A DNA stretch of 63,577 nucleotides, the filler included, from Rhabdomonas costata (taxonomy: Eukaryota): assembly GCA_019059605.1 (NCBI GenBank). It is 54 parts of 54 records of this genome, joined end to end, with 100 filler letters (N's around TTAATTAATTAA, not from the genome) between each part and the next. Parts side by side here need not be neighbours in the genome. Positions count along the whole stretch, not along the records: positions 11,792 to 12,870 come from JAHMHO010029720.1; positions 12,971 to 14,050 come from JAHMHO010029721.1; positions 14,151 to 15,229 come from JAHMHO010029722.1; positions 15,330 to 16,408 come from JAHMHO010029723.1; positions 16,509 to 17,587 come from JAHMHO010029724.1; positions 17,688 to 18,766 come from JAHMHO010029725.1; positions 18,867 to 19,945 come from JAHMHO010029726.1; positions 20,046 to 21,124 come from JAHMHO010029727.1; 46 more parts are not named here. One strand, written 5' to 3'. The position numbers and the translations under genes were made by a program. The notes beneath the pieces were generated by a model. The model ran no database searches. It was given only the letters and a program-made list of their open reading frames with translations, and was not told the origin of the DNA. Shown piece after piece: positions 11,891 through 24,167 of the stretch. The stretch's first letter is position 1. Every line of letters begins with the position of its first letter.

Positions 11891-13409
11891 GGTTGCATTG
11901 CTTTGGATCTTGTGGACTGAGAGGGCTAAACGTTGTCGAGTTGGGTGCAAGAGGTGAGGAAAATACTGCCTTTGTGCGGCCGCAAATTGCGCACGGTGTG
12001 AATCTAAGCAGTATTGTGCCTTGTCCTGTGAAGGACATTGTCTATCCTTTTAGAGACCGCTGCTATGGCCCCTTTTGAGGATTACCCGTGCTCAAATAGG
12101 TCCATCATACTAGGTTGAGTCGTGCCCCGTTTCCCTTCCCTCTCTGGAATGCAGGGGCCCGCTGATATTGCTGCGCCTGCAGCCCAGTGCCGTGCGGTGC
12201 CTGCTGCCGGAGCCCACCCCCTTGCTGAGCAACCTGCAGATCCTTGCGGGGCATCTGCGTCGCAGCTCCTCCTTCGAAGAGCCCTGCTTGCGAGGTTTTT
12301 GGCCTCCCTCCCCTGAATATCTCAAAATTCGTCAGGTATAGGTCGAATGTGGGCAGGAAGGTGAGATCTGAAAGTCGCTTAAGATAAGAGGATAAATAGA
12401 CGGCAGAGGGTATGACTGAATGGCTGCGCAAGTGTTTAAGGGTAATTTCTTTCAATGTTCGCATACACCCACACATATCAACCACTGCATTCCTTCCATT
12501 CTAACATTAACTGAGAAAACTGGTGACATTGGTGGCATATGCTCCTTCTTTGTGAGACATCTCTGAAAACACGATTGTCTGCCCCTGTCCGTAGACCCTT
12601 TTTTGCTGTGGCTGTGCGTTGGTTGTAGGTCCCACCTACGACAGGAATGACGATGCACCTCACACTTAGTTCGGTACCTGCAATGCAAAAACAAGACTTT
12701 CGATCTTAGCTTTCAGTTGTGCTTATGTAGCGCACTTGTCTGCTGTGTGGATTTCAGTCCTTCGGAGCATTGTGGATGTGGAGGAACTTCTGTGTTGTCT
12801 TCAACTTGTGCTTCCTGCATGCGGCCTACGGAGACTTGGGCTCCTGCACGGTGTTTTGGAAGAGGTGGGCNNNNNNNNNNNNNNNNNNNNNNNNNNNNNN
12901 NNNNNNNNNNNNNNTTAATTAATTAANNNNNNNNNNNNNNNNNNNNNNNNNNNNNNNNNNNNNNNNNNNNTTTTTGTTGTGCCTGTTTGGGTTGAAGCTT
13001 CAAATTTGAATACAGTTTGGCGTTATTGTTGGAGTGCTCCCTCCAGAGAATGTACCCAGCCCCTTGAAACACCATCAGAAGATTTTGGTCACGAGATGGC
13101 GGCTGGAGGCCAAATTCCGCACAGATTTCGTAAACTATAAAAATCACTGTTGTGCGTTCACATGTTGCATCGGGTGGAAAGAATGACTTCTCTTGCTCTT
13201 CCGTTAAACATGGAATATTTGTATGGAAAATTGCGATGCTCTCGGGAGCTTTATGTTAATTACCAAATTGGTGTCTTGTTGACGCATTGGGTGAGTCTAG
13301 TTAACCGGCAAGGTGTGTTTCCGGGCTTTTTCGGTGATCTTCGCATTTTTCCGGAGAGCAACAAACCGGACGGCGGGACGGACAGGATTTTGGGTGATTC
13401 GAGCGAGCG

Positions 13410-13410
<1 letters not shown>

Positions 13411-13446
<36 letters not shown>
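13411..13446 (+). repeat. (GA)n microsatellite
   Basis: Direct reading. Confidence 0.95.
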
Positions 13447-13449
<3 letters not shown>

Positions 13450-14824
13450 GGCAAAACATGGCAAGGCAGGGAAGGGCTAAACGAAAGTTTGCCAACGGAA
13501 ACCGCCGCGGCAAAAAGAACGAAGGAAGCGCCGCGGCTTTCGACGGCATCTAACCGAACGTTTTTACGTCTTAAATGCGTATGGGCCTTTTTGCCCGGGG
13601 TTTCGGCGATCGAAAAACCAGAGATGTACCCAGATATGGCGTTTGCCAGCCCGGGATGCCCAAAACAACCCAAAGAAACAAAACAAATGCCACCAATGTC
13701 CTCCGTCCCCCGAAAAAACCCCGCGGGAAGACATAACCGATTAAATAAGTGGGGACGAAGCCAAGACCTTGTCCCCTGGGCTGCTTTATTTCTTCCCTTT
13801 TTCGTAATCGACCGTGCTTTTGTAAACTTCATCAAACCGGAGGTTGGCTAAGCCGAAGCTCCCGAAACGCTCGTGCCACGCCAACGGCAAACCGATGGGC
13901 AAGATGCGTCCGGCAAGTAACGCCGGCAAGCTCATTCACAACGGTCCTTTGTTCCTTTTCGCGCCGCAAATCGCCCCAAAGCATGAATTAATGGGGGGGA
14001 AAGCCACAACGTACTTCACAACAAACCGGCTGCCCCAAAAACCACACAACNNNNNNNNNNNNNNNNNNNNNNNNNNNNNNNNNNNNNNNNNNNNTTAATT
14101 AATTAANNNNNNNNNNNNNNNNNNNNNNNNNNNNNNNNNNNNNNNNNNNNGTGTTGGGCGTGTTTGGTTGGTTGGGTTATGTTGCCTTTCACGCCCACAC
14201 ACCAGCGCATGCGCCCGCACAGTGGTCATAAAAAGGCAGTCAAGCAACCGCCAGCGCGCTATGCGCCCATTACAGACCCACACAAACACACACCCACACC
14301 ACAAACCGCAGACACGCACCCATACACATACACAAACCTGGTACACGCCGCCCTCGTACAAGCTTTTGAAAACATGAAGGCGCAGGCATACTCTCTCTAG
14401 CACACACACATGCACACACACACACTACAAGAGGTATTGGGGAGGTCTTTTCATCGCCCAAAGGGCTCTCGAATTCTTTGTCCGATTTCTGGTCACTTGT
14501 AGGTGAGGGTTCCAGTGCTGGGCGTAGGTTCTTGAAACCTTGTAACGGTGTTCACACTTCGGCTTCATTCCTTTTCGCCCTGACGACAAACAATGGATGA
14601 TGCAGCCATCCCGCAAAATTGAAGAACCGGTCAGAGTGTTGTCATGTGAATAATCGTGTCATCATATTTTCCCTGGACTCTGGCATCAATTCTGTTAAGA
14701 TCACCCTGCAATCTGCCACGCTTCAGTCTGATTCCAGCCCAAAGTGGCACCTTAAATCGGTATCCTGCTCTCAAAGAGAATCGTATTTTTGTCACGGCAC
14801 GAAAACCGAGCGGTGCCTCCATAC

Positions 14825-14892
14825 CTCTGAGTGAACCCGCAGGAGGCGACCAGCGTTCCCTTCACGTCCACGTCAGAAATCGTGGCGTGGGC
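14825..14892 (-). CDS. PAN2: Exon of PAN2 deadenylase, WD40 region
   Basis: ccacAG|GCC...CAG AG|gtatgg. AHATISDVDVKGTLVASCGFTQR matches the PAN2 WD40 blade pattern SD-x-DV-x-G-x-L-x-x-x-CGF-x-x-R. Confidence 0.7.
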
Positions 14893-15596
14893 CTGTGGAC
14901 ACAAAAATTGATATGCTATGTAAGGGCACAAACACGAATCCGTGCGTCTCAAAAAACTCCATTCTGAATCACCCATCGAGGTGTGTGTCAACACTAACTG
15001 ATCGCTGAGGCACACTGAAGGTCCACGGGTGCGCTCAGATTTACACCTGGCTGACAGGCGACAGAAAGCGCAATCTTGCAAAACTATTAAAGCCCGTTTT
15101 CGGAACGCTCTCGAAGAAAAGAAGTTGCATGAGGCCGAATGGGATCTACGTAAACGCATTGCGCGCTGGTCGCATTGTGAAGACGAGCCACCGAAGCAGA
15201 GATGATGGGAGAAGGCCCACCCACAACACNNNNNNNNNNNNNNNNNNNNNNNNNNNNNNNNNNNNNNNNNNNNTTAATTAATTAANNNNNNNNNNNNNNN
15301 NNNNNNNNNNNNNNNNNNNNNNNNNNNNNGTTGGTGTGTTTGGGGGGTTGGGGTTCCTTCTCCATTGAGTGAGTGGGCCCTTCTCTTTTTATAAGCACCT
15401 TTGTCTTTTCGGTCACTTAACTATAGCACGTCTATAGCACGTCCTCAGCATGTGCGCGTCTCGGCTGTTTGGGTTTCGAAGAAAACGTCAACGGCAGTAT
15501 GCTTCTGAGCAGCAGCATAATACTACACACTGGAGCAAGCACTGTCTTCAGCGATTGTGTGCCAGGCGTATGGGTGCGTGGGCGGGGGGCACACAC

Positions 15597-16141
15597 TTGT
15601 CGAAGAGGATCTTCTTGGAGAGTATGCGGGCAGCGAATGGCGTCAACAGGGAAGGCCCGACAAAGCTCAGCGCCCAAGCCAACCACACCTTGTATGGGGA
15701 ATATGTCCGGGGTTCGATCTGCGAAAGAAGGGAGGGCATCGACACAAAGCGCAAAGCTCGGGTCCACGAAGCACCAAAATTTATCACAGCGTGACAAGGG
15801 CATTGCAAAGGCAACCGTCCTCACGAACAAACGCTTGCACCGATTATCCCCTAACGGGCCCATCACTGCCGGCTGCACACAAGAGTTTGTTCCACAGCCT
15901 GAGTTGGCAGGAAGAAAATGGCAATCCTCAAGGTTGAGATCGGCACACAGTCGCTCTCAGTCATGTCGCGACCCTCGTGATATAAAACGCACCCATACAG
16001 AAAACACGCCTTGAGGTCAGGGAAGAGCTCCTGCAGGGGCTTGCCAAGCTCTAGCGCCCACATTGAGGTGTGGCCCACAATGAACCGCTGCCCCCCTGCC
16101 TCGGGCCGCACAAGGGCCTCCACGTGGGCCACGGCCACATC
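15597..16141 (-). CDS. Extended SDR / NAD-dependent epimerase (aldehyde reductase, DFR-like), C-terminal exons 16141-16010 and 15718-15597
   Basis: DVAVAHVEALVRPEAGGQRFIV...LFPDLK|IEPRTY...WLAWALSFVGP...KKILFD. The DVAxAHxxAL..P.A.G.RF motif is present. The GC donor at 16009 is required to keep the frame. Confidence 0.85.
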
Positions 16142-16997
16142 CTTTTTTTAGGGCAAGCAGCACGACATGAAAACAGGAACACCCACGTGAGCATTGCGGG
16201 GATTGAAACCTGGCACTTCAGTTGGACATGGCCTCCACCTGATCGCAGGCGACAATTGGGTGAAGTTAAAGACCCAACTAACGGTGTAAAACAAACAAGC
16301 ATCCATCGGAACAAGCCCGTCTGGCTGGGTCACGCTAACCAACGCTGACCGAGAAAGTCAAACGTGGAAGAAAGCGATCAAGAGGGAAATTCACGCGGAA
16401 ACCCACAANNNNNNNNNNNNNNNNNNNNNNNNNNNNNNNNNNNNNNNNNNNNTTAATTAATTAANNNNNNNNNNNNNNNNNNNNNNNNNNNNNNNNNNNN
16501 NNNNNNNNGTGTTGGGTGTGGTTGGTGGGAAATTGAAGAGGGTATGGGAGGAACCGCGGAAGGAGCTAAAGCGGAGCCTGTAGAGGAGGCGAAGGAGGAA
16601 GGTGGAATTGAGAGATGCGGGGAGGCTTCACCAGGAGGAATACAGAGGAAGTGTTTGTCCGGCAGTCTGGCGGCCTTTGCGTTGACAATGCAAAGGAAGG
16701 GGTGGACCAGCGGAAAAGAGAGGGAAGGGGCAACTTTTGTTGTGCAAGCGGGGGGATGCGGAGCCTCCTAAAATAACAAAAATCCAGAGACTCTGCAATT
16801 ATTTTTTTTAAATAAATAATAATTTGAATTGATTTTCTTCACTCAGACGGGGGGGGGGGGTGAAATAACACTGCGCTAACTGAAGACCGTTGCCCACGAA
16901 CCACCCTTTCCAATGTAAAAAGTGTGGCATCCTAAGTCGAAACCGAAAAAAAAACCTGAAAGCACTTTGTTCCCCCCTGACTTGGCCAGCAGACGAC

Positions 16998-17194
16998 CTG
17001 TGCAGTACTCCAGGATCAGCCAGAGGTGGTTGCTGGTCTCGTACCAGTTGAAGAACCTCAGGATGTTGGGATGACACAGGGCGTGCATCACCTGCACCTC
17101 ATTGAGGACCTTCTCGCGCTGACCTTTCTCGACGCTCTTTACTGCGTAGTACTCCACGGTCCGCTTCCGTCGGCCCTTGTACACCACGGAATGC
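16998..17194 (-). CDS. ULK4: Exon of ULK4/RUNKEL-like kinase, N-lobe
   Basis: tgcAG|G CAT...ACA G|gtcgtc. HSVVYKGRRKRTVEYYAVKSVEKGQREKVLNEVQVMHALCHPNILRFFNWYETSNHLWLILEYCT contains the ULK4-diagnostic VYKGRRK.T and WYETSNHLWL motifs. Confidence 0.92.
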
Positions 17195-18015
17195 CTGCAG
17201 CAACGCAGTAACGAGAAGCAAGACGAGAAACGGAAGCACGTTAGGCTCACCTAGTTAATCGTCATTATATGTATGGTATGAGAACAGAACGTGAACCGAA
17301 AACTTCGTCGCTCTCCTTCGTGTGTGTGTGTGTGTTTATTCTCTGTCTTTACAACGCACAAACATACACAAACACGAACAAACAGCCACAACTGTCAGAG
17401 AAGAAAACCCTGCATTGCCGCCCCTTTTGTATCAAAAATCGAACCAAACCGCCCTTTGTCATCCACGTAGCTCCCCCTTGCGTTTCTTCTTGTAAAATCG
17501 GTCTGTTTGGTGCTGACCCTGTGACTGCAAAAACGTTTCCGCCGCAGTGCAGTCACCTTGCAGCCTTCAGTAAAAAACCTCAGCCGTNNNNNNNNNNNNN
17601 NNNNNNNNNNNNNNNNNNNNNNNNNNNNNNNTTAATTAATTAANNNNNNNNNNNNNNNNNNNNNNNNNNNNNNNNNNNNNNNNNNNNATGCCTGAGCCGA
17701 GAAAGACAGGATGAGACATGAAGGCAATGAAAGATGTCTTTAATCAGCAATCTCTGATGTTTCCTCTCCTCCTGCTTTGTTTTTCTCTGCAAAGCAACTC
17801 CCCTTCCTACCTTCCCTCTAACCCCAAAGCATTCCTTATTTCAGCGTAGCTACTCTAGAGTTTCTACTCAAAAGCATCGCCATTACCTCCCCCACAAAAC
17901 CCTCCCATTTAAACCATCCATTGTTTCCACGTCCTACCATCCTCGAATGGGGGACCCTCACTTTCTCTGTTCCGAGAAATAACGGAGCGAGCCACTCCGA
18001 AAAAGTATGGCCAAC

Positions 18016-18766
18016 CTTCTCGTCGGCAAGAGCGGCGAATCCCACGCGGTGGCCATAGATGTATGGAGTGCACATCTGTAGCTCCGGAAAGGCCCTGCCC
18101 ATATAGTCGCCATCCACACAGGGCAGGCCCAAGCACGCGGCGCAGATAAGTCCCTCAAGCCCATTGCCTCCTTTGAAGCGAGACGTGGGGGGGGAGGAGC
18201 AAAAACACTGGGCGACACCTCGGAAGCTGCTTGACTTCAGTTCTGCTTCGTGTGGCATAACGTTTGGATTCGATGAACCTACAAAATGCTGCTCTGTGGT
18301 AACCTGTTGTCCTGCTGTCTTGCAAAATGACTGTGATGAGAACCAGCTCGGAGAAGAGAACAAAACACAGTGCCCCACAAAAAAAATCTGAACTCGCACC
18401 AACCTTCTCTCTCTATTTTTGTTCTTTTGATAAAACCTAAATACTTAGAGGAACGTGTCTGTGTGGAGAGAGACTATTTGCAGCGACAACCAACGCCCAG
18501 CAAATCGACCTAAGTTTTGCAATCAACATGCAACTCGGACCGTTTCGCGAAAGTGAGTGTTGCTGTTGCTGTACCCTCATACCCCATTCTCATTCGATCC
18601 CCTGCCATCGATCCCACATGTTCACACTAGTTCCCAAAGGATCATCTTGCCAACGTGCCGCCCTCAATCACCCACCCACTACCTCCAATCTCGTCGCTGA
18701 TCACGGCGGCGACGTTTGCGCGGCCAAGGTGCGCGATCGCCGCCTGCACCGCGGACAGGACTTCGG
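18016..18766 (-). CDS. DUF917-family domain (hydantoinase-associated); exons 18766-18683 and 18170-18016
   Basis: Spliced: VISDEIG G|GNGLEGLICAACLGLPCVDGDYMGRAFPELQM. EIGGxN and DxDxMGRAFPELQM are DUF917 motifs. Confidence 0.85.
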
Positions 18767-19671
18767 NNNNNNNNNNNNNNNNNNNNNNNNNNNNNNNNNN
18801 NNNNNNNNNNTTAATTAATTAANNNNNNNNNNNNNNNNNNNNNNNNNNNNNNNNNNNNNNNNNNNNTGTGGGTGTGTTTGGGGGGGGTTGGAGGGGTCTA
18901 TGCCGCTTCGGAAAATTGCGCACGCACATTGCTCAGTAACAATTTTGTTGATGCCTCTTCCGGTCAGCTGCATTCTAAGCTGCAAATATTTGCAGAGTCT
19001 GAGACGCGCACTCTCGCCTCAGTGACAGCCATGAACACCTCCTAAGCCTTCAATTACGGACGAGCCACGTCCATGTTCAGCTCCACTTCGCTGGGTCTCT
19101 GGAATCCACCTTGTGTCCTGAGCTCGCACTTAGATGTCATTGCCACCTGAATCAGCACAGCTGAATGAATTTGCCAGGCGCATGCCTGCAAATTTTGGCA
19201 ACGTACCCACCGAGACGCGGATTGTCTCAGAAGATGGGCAGAAGGCAGCACAAGAATTGTACCCAAATGCGGCGGCGGAAGCGCAGTGATTGCGGCCCGC
19301 CATGCTGCCCAAACCATGCTGCCCAAACCACCTCCAAACACCGAACCCCCTCACGCATACACCAGCACTCCATTGACATTATCCATCAGTCCCCCATCCC
19401 GACTCAATGTCACAGTCTTTTTCGTTCTGTCGTTCTGTTTTTTGTTAGCACACGAAAACCTCTTCACACGTGTCCACAGTTCCAGGCTTCCCATCGCAAA
19501 ATGGAGCCTAAACGCTCGGCTTCGTTTATTCAGTCACTAATTTGATAGGGGATGTTTTTAATGTTAGCACACTGTCAACGTTTGAGGTTTCTGATGAAGT
19601 GTAAATTAAAGACACCACCACAGATCAGTAAGATGACCACATGTGGGACGCTACGTTGGATCCTCTAACAG

Positions 19672-19877
19672 GTGCAAAGGACATAGTGGAACGCAGTCTG
19701 TCGAAATTTCCGCGCGCAACCATCACCACCTTCGAATGCCACAAATGGGCCAAACATACTGCTGGAGGAAATGTCGGAAACTTGGGACCTGCACATTCCC
19801 ATGTGTTTGATCACATACAGCAGAGCATGGAGCATGAGCAACTTCTGCACGTGCCGGTTCAAATTTTCGAGCAAAAG
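19672..19877 (+). CDS. Hypothetical protein exon
   Basis: ctaacAG|...CAA AAG|gtaagc with strong splice sites and a single open frame (AKDIVERSLSKFPRA...FEQK). Confidence 0.45.
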
Positions 19878-21788
19878 GTAAGCGCCATACTGTTTGACCG
19901 TATTACATGCTCTTGATCTGACCGATACAAGCTTTCAAACAAACCNNNNNNNNNNNNNNNNNNNNNNNNNNNNNNNNNNNNNNNNNNNNTTAATTAATTA
20001 ANNNNNNNNNNNNNNNNNNNNNNNNNNNNNNNNNNNNNNNNNNNNGTGGTGGGTGTGTTTGGTTGGGTGGGGTCTCTCTGCAGATACACCTTCACCTTTG
20101 TGATGAGCGTGCTTCATTTTTGTTTGTGTGACTTCCCTTTCGCCTGACACGCGAGTTTGTTTGGCTTGGCCTTTGGCTCTCTCCTCTACCTCTTGTCGCT
20201 TCGTTCCCGGTTTCGGCTGAGCGAATCGAAGAACGAGCGGGTGGCTTATACTGTACTGTAATTGCTCTCTTGTAATTGGTGCATCGGTGGTTCCCCCAGC
20301 TGTACCCCCGCACCCCATATCAACGCAGTGCAGCTTTTCCCTTCGAGGATCTTCGCTGCCTTTTCACATACTTCTTTTCGTGTGTTTGGGCTTTCCATAG
20401 TGCGCTGTTGCATGATGTCTCTTTTCCTTGGAATGTCTCTGTCCTGACAGGTTCCGAATAGCATTTTTCCAGTGTTCTCGGTGACGTCTGTGTTGTGGTT
20501 ACGAGCGAACTCCAGCCCCGCCAATTCAAATTGGTGTTGTTTGATTTACCCTATGTGTACTCATTGGTTTGCACTGCTTCACTTCTTCACAGAGTCGCTG
20601 TAAGGTCTTCACTGTGTAATATTCCATAGACTGACGGATTGGGAAGAGGTTCGGCCAGGCTTTATTATAGTACGCAGAGATTGGCAAAGTCTGGGGGTGG
20701 GTCAGCGGTGCAGTACATCTCCCCAGGCTAATTTTCAAAAATTTTCCCTCAACTCTGTAACCCCCCCTCTCACTCCCGCGAATGGAGTAAGGCAGTCCTT
20801 GGCTGTACACTGCTCTGTGAACACCCCACACTCATCGCACCCATATAGTATTTGGAGTGGGAAAAGTTCAAAAGGAACAAGCGAGAAATCACAGCTTATG
20901 TCACTCGCTTATCTGGAAAACAACGGCTTACTCAGAAAACGTCATCTAAATTTAGCAGTTTCCAATCCTTTCGAAACAACTGTGCTGACATGGTTTTCAA
21001 AGCGAAACTATTTTACTATCCTAAAAGCCCTGCAAGTCCAAAAGGTAACATTATGGTGACGCTTTTTCAACCTCGCACTTTGAGATGGCACGGGCAATAT
21101 TTTGAATAGGTACAACCACCACACNNNNNNNNNNNNNNNNNNNNNNNNNNNNNNNNNNNNNNNNNNNNTTAATTAATTAANNNNNNNNNNNNNNNNNNNN
21201 NNNNNNNNNNNNNNNNNNNNNNNNCTGTGATGCAATGTGGGGTTTGGCCAGACATGGGCTCTGAGTTTGAATTGAAACAGAATGGAATAGTGACGGAATT
21301 GAATACTGGATGGGTCGACATTGGTTCGCGGGGCATCAGGTTATGGACCTGGAAAACATCGAGTCCTTGTTCGATGGTGTGGATGGCTCGCTGGTGATCA
21401 GCCTGCAGGTGGTCGGAGGGGAGTTCTACAGTTCTTTCTCGTGTTATCTTTCTGTGCTGGGACCCTTTCTCTATGCCAAATTATGACCCTTTCATGGTGC
21501 GGATTTTTTCCTTTATAAAAATATTCAGATTAGTATTGGTCTGTGTTGTCAACTCCCATTGTTATTCGCTCTGTGCACGTGGTTGTGGTTGTGGTTGTGT
21601 CCGCCAACTGCTGGGGCCATTGCTGCAGTGTTCGTGAGATTTATAGGCTTTTGTTTGTTTTGAGTGCGCGCGTTCGTGAGTCTTTCTTGGGCTCTCGTTA
21701 TCAATGGTGGAGCGTGCATGCGTATGGGTTGTCGTGAGACCCTTCGGGGCGCCTTCCAGCTGCCCCGACTCCGCTCCCATTTTCCCAG

Positions 21789-21908
21789 GAAATCGCGAGC
21801 AACCTACAGCTTTACCTGCCGTACCTCCCCTCCACGGTGCTGCACATGGCTCGCCACGACGACGAGGCCGAGGAGGCGGAGCGGGCGGCGAAGCGCCGCG
21901 GGGGCCCG
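21789..21908 (+). CDS. Exon, pre-catalytic helix of a class III nucleotidyl cyclase-family protein
   Basis: cccAG|GAA...CCG|gtctcg. EIASNLQLYLPYLPSTVL has the same Y-x-x-YLP-x-x-VL motif that precedes the cyclase domain at 63274. Confidence 0.55.
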
Positions 21909-22806
21909 GTCTCGCTTCCCACCCTTATCGCTGTTCCTCCCTTTTTGCGAAAGCGCTATGAACTCCCAATTTTCGAGGGTCAGTTTATTGACAGACGGGT
22001 CCAGTGGCTATGAATGAAGTTCGCAGTCCTAGTTGCATGCTGTGAACTGGTTTCCGACAGTTGCTAACGCAGTTTACGCAAAGAAATAAGCTGCTCTGCT
22101 CAAAACGAAAATGTACTTGGTTCCCGAACCCAAATGTGGTGTTGGGAGAGGAGAACCCTTTCTTCGGGATCACGACTTCTGAGAACGCTTGTATCGCAAT
22201 TGCTGACGGCGGGAGGAAGACTGGCAACGGCTTTGTGGGACAATTTTTGACCTTGCAAGGGATCGCTTCTTCTGTCATTACCCCCAACCCCCACCACACC
22301 CAANNNNNNNNNNNNNNNNNNNNNNNNNNNNNNNNNNNNNNNNNNNNTTAATTAATTAANNNNNNNNNNNNNNNNNNNNNNNNNNNNNNNNNNNNNNNNN
22401 NNNTTTTTTTTGGTTAAGTCTATGGTAAAAGTGCACACAAACACAATTGATGGATACTGGGGGTCTTTCAAGAACGCTATGCGAGGTATGAAGTCTTTGC
22501 GACGGGAGCATTCTACGTGCCGTGGCTGCTCTTCGTGACGATAGCGACCTCGTGGAGAAGTTTCACGCTCTCCGTTTGGACGACTGACATGTATGTTGTC
22601 GTGATTTTTGGCTTATTCTTTCGGGTGTGCTGTGGGGTACGATAATGGACTTGTGCCGTTTATATATATAAACATCCACAAGTCAATCAAAAAAGTGTGC
22701 GCACAGGTCAGCGGTTGCAGACGCCCGGTCCACTGTGCCTCTTGACGTCAACTCATCCCCTATACTCCCCCCTCGCAGATGAACCAAAAACGCCTACCAG
22801 ACTTGC

Positions 22807-23014
22807 CGCTGACCAGGTTGACATAGTACCGCAGCCACTTCAGGTCCTTGCTGGCCAGGAAGTTGTTGATGCTGTCGGCCGGGGTGTAGCCATCCGCGAG
22901 GGCCTGGGTGGTGCTGAGGTCGAACTCCACCTCGACCAGGAGCTCGGCAGCGTACGTGCCACACAATACCGCCACGGCCACCAGAACAGCGAGCAGGGTG
23001 TGCGGCCAAGCCAT
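22807..23014 (-). CDS. First coding exon of a secreted or membrane protein with a signal peptide
   Basis: MAWPHTLLAVLVAVAVLCGTYA|AELL..., a hydrophobic signal with a small-residue cleavage site. A polypyrimidine tract and AG lie 6 nt upstream of the ATG. The donor is GCAAGT (22806) or GTCAGC a few nt earlier. Confidence 0.7.
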
Positions 23015-23989
23015 TCTCAGCTGTGCCTCACAGTAGGTAAGTGGGAGGGGAGGAGAGGAGGACGATAGGTTGGAGCTTTTGCAGAAGCTGGCCGGGCACG
23101 AAGGGTGATGTGAAAAACCTCTGTGGAAACAAAGCAGGAGGTCGCACCCAACCTTTCGTGATTTGCAGTCTTCATTGAGAAGCACGGACCATGAAAAAAA
23201 ACTTAGACTAAATTTAAAACCTGGCTTGAAAGATCGAATAGACAAATCGGTTGGGAAGCAGAACCACCGCGACATGCCCTCTGCCCTGGGCTGGTGATCA
23301 GCCTGACCGCTGTTGCATGGAGGAGGATGGACAACACCTTCACGCCTTTACGAAGGCGGTGCCACCAATACAGCAATACAGTCAAGCGCTATACATGAGG
23401 TACTCGCGTCAGCAACACACAACGAAAGGAAACGTCTCAGCAAAAGTCGCACTACGATTGCCCTTTGCCGAACAGCCACCCANNNNNNNNNNNNNNNNNN
23501 NNNNNNNNNNNNNNNNNNNNNNNNNNTTAATTAATTAANNNNNNNNNNNNNNNNNNNNNNNNNNNNNNNNNNNNNNNNNNNNGGTGTGGGGGTGAAACAC
23601 GCAGCAGAAAGGCAGTCAGCTGAGGGAAGGAAGGGTGATGAGTGGTGTGACCTGCACAGCGATAGGAACCCAAGCAAAGATGAAATCCAGGCTGCTTCTC
23701 TTTCTCGTGTTCATCGAGGCGACGGAAGCGAATGGAGGAAGGGGAATGGCTCGGGTCATGTCACAATTTAAGACAAAGGCTGTAGGATAGACTATGGGCA
23801 GTTATAATCACGGAGAAGAAAGGACATCACTGGACAAGAAAATCATATTTTGGTTTGGGTGACGGACAGTGTACATAGATAACAGCCAGGGTGCTCGCAA
23901 CGCATTTCGACAAGAGACGGCAAAGAAGCAAGTGTGTAAAGCGAAAAACGGCGGGTGTGTCGCGTTGTTTTCATACAGCTTCCCCATGT

Positions 23990-24167
23990 TCGAGGGAAGT
24001 GGCTGGGCGGCCAACGGAGTGCCGCCTGTGAAGGGCACAGAGGGACAGCGGAACTCCCCCAATGAGCGCACCCAGTGCGGGCACATCCGGGGGTCCTCCA
24101 GAAGCCGAGCGCTGCCCAGCACGTACATCGCAAAGCGGGCCCGAGACAGCGCGACCACCATCCGGTC
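23990..24167 (-). CDS. Exon of an Upf1/DNA2/NAM7-like SF1 helicase C-terminal domain (motif VI; ZNFX1/Aquarius-like)
   Basis: gtccAG|GAC CGG ATG; DRMVVALSRARFAMYVLGSARLL...HW. The 3' end is approximate. Confidence 0.75.

Noticed and set aside
13260..13851. Long overlapping ORFs (233 aa +, 191 aa -) with a vague QG...PHLFN resemblance to RT motif B'
   Set aside because: They span a (GA)n microsatellite, lack codon bias and catalytic Asp motifs, and are probably non-coding or decayed repeat.
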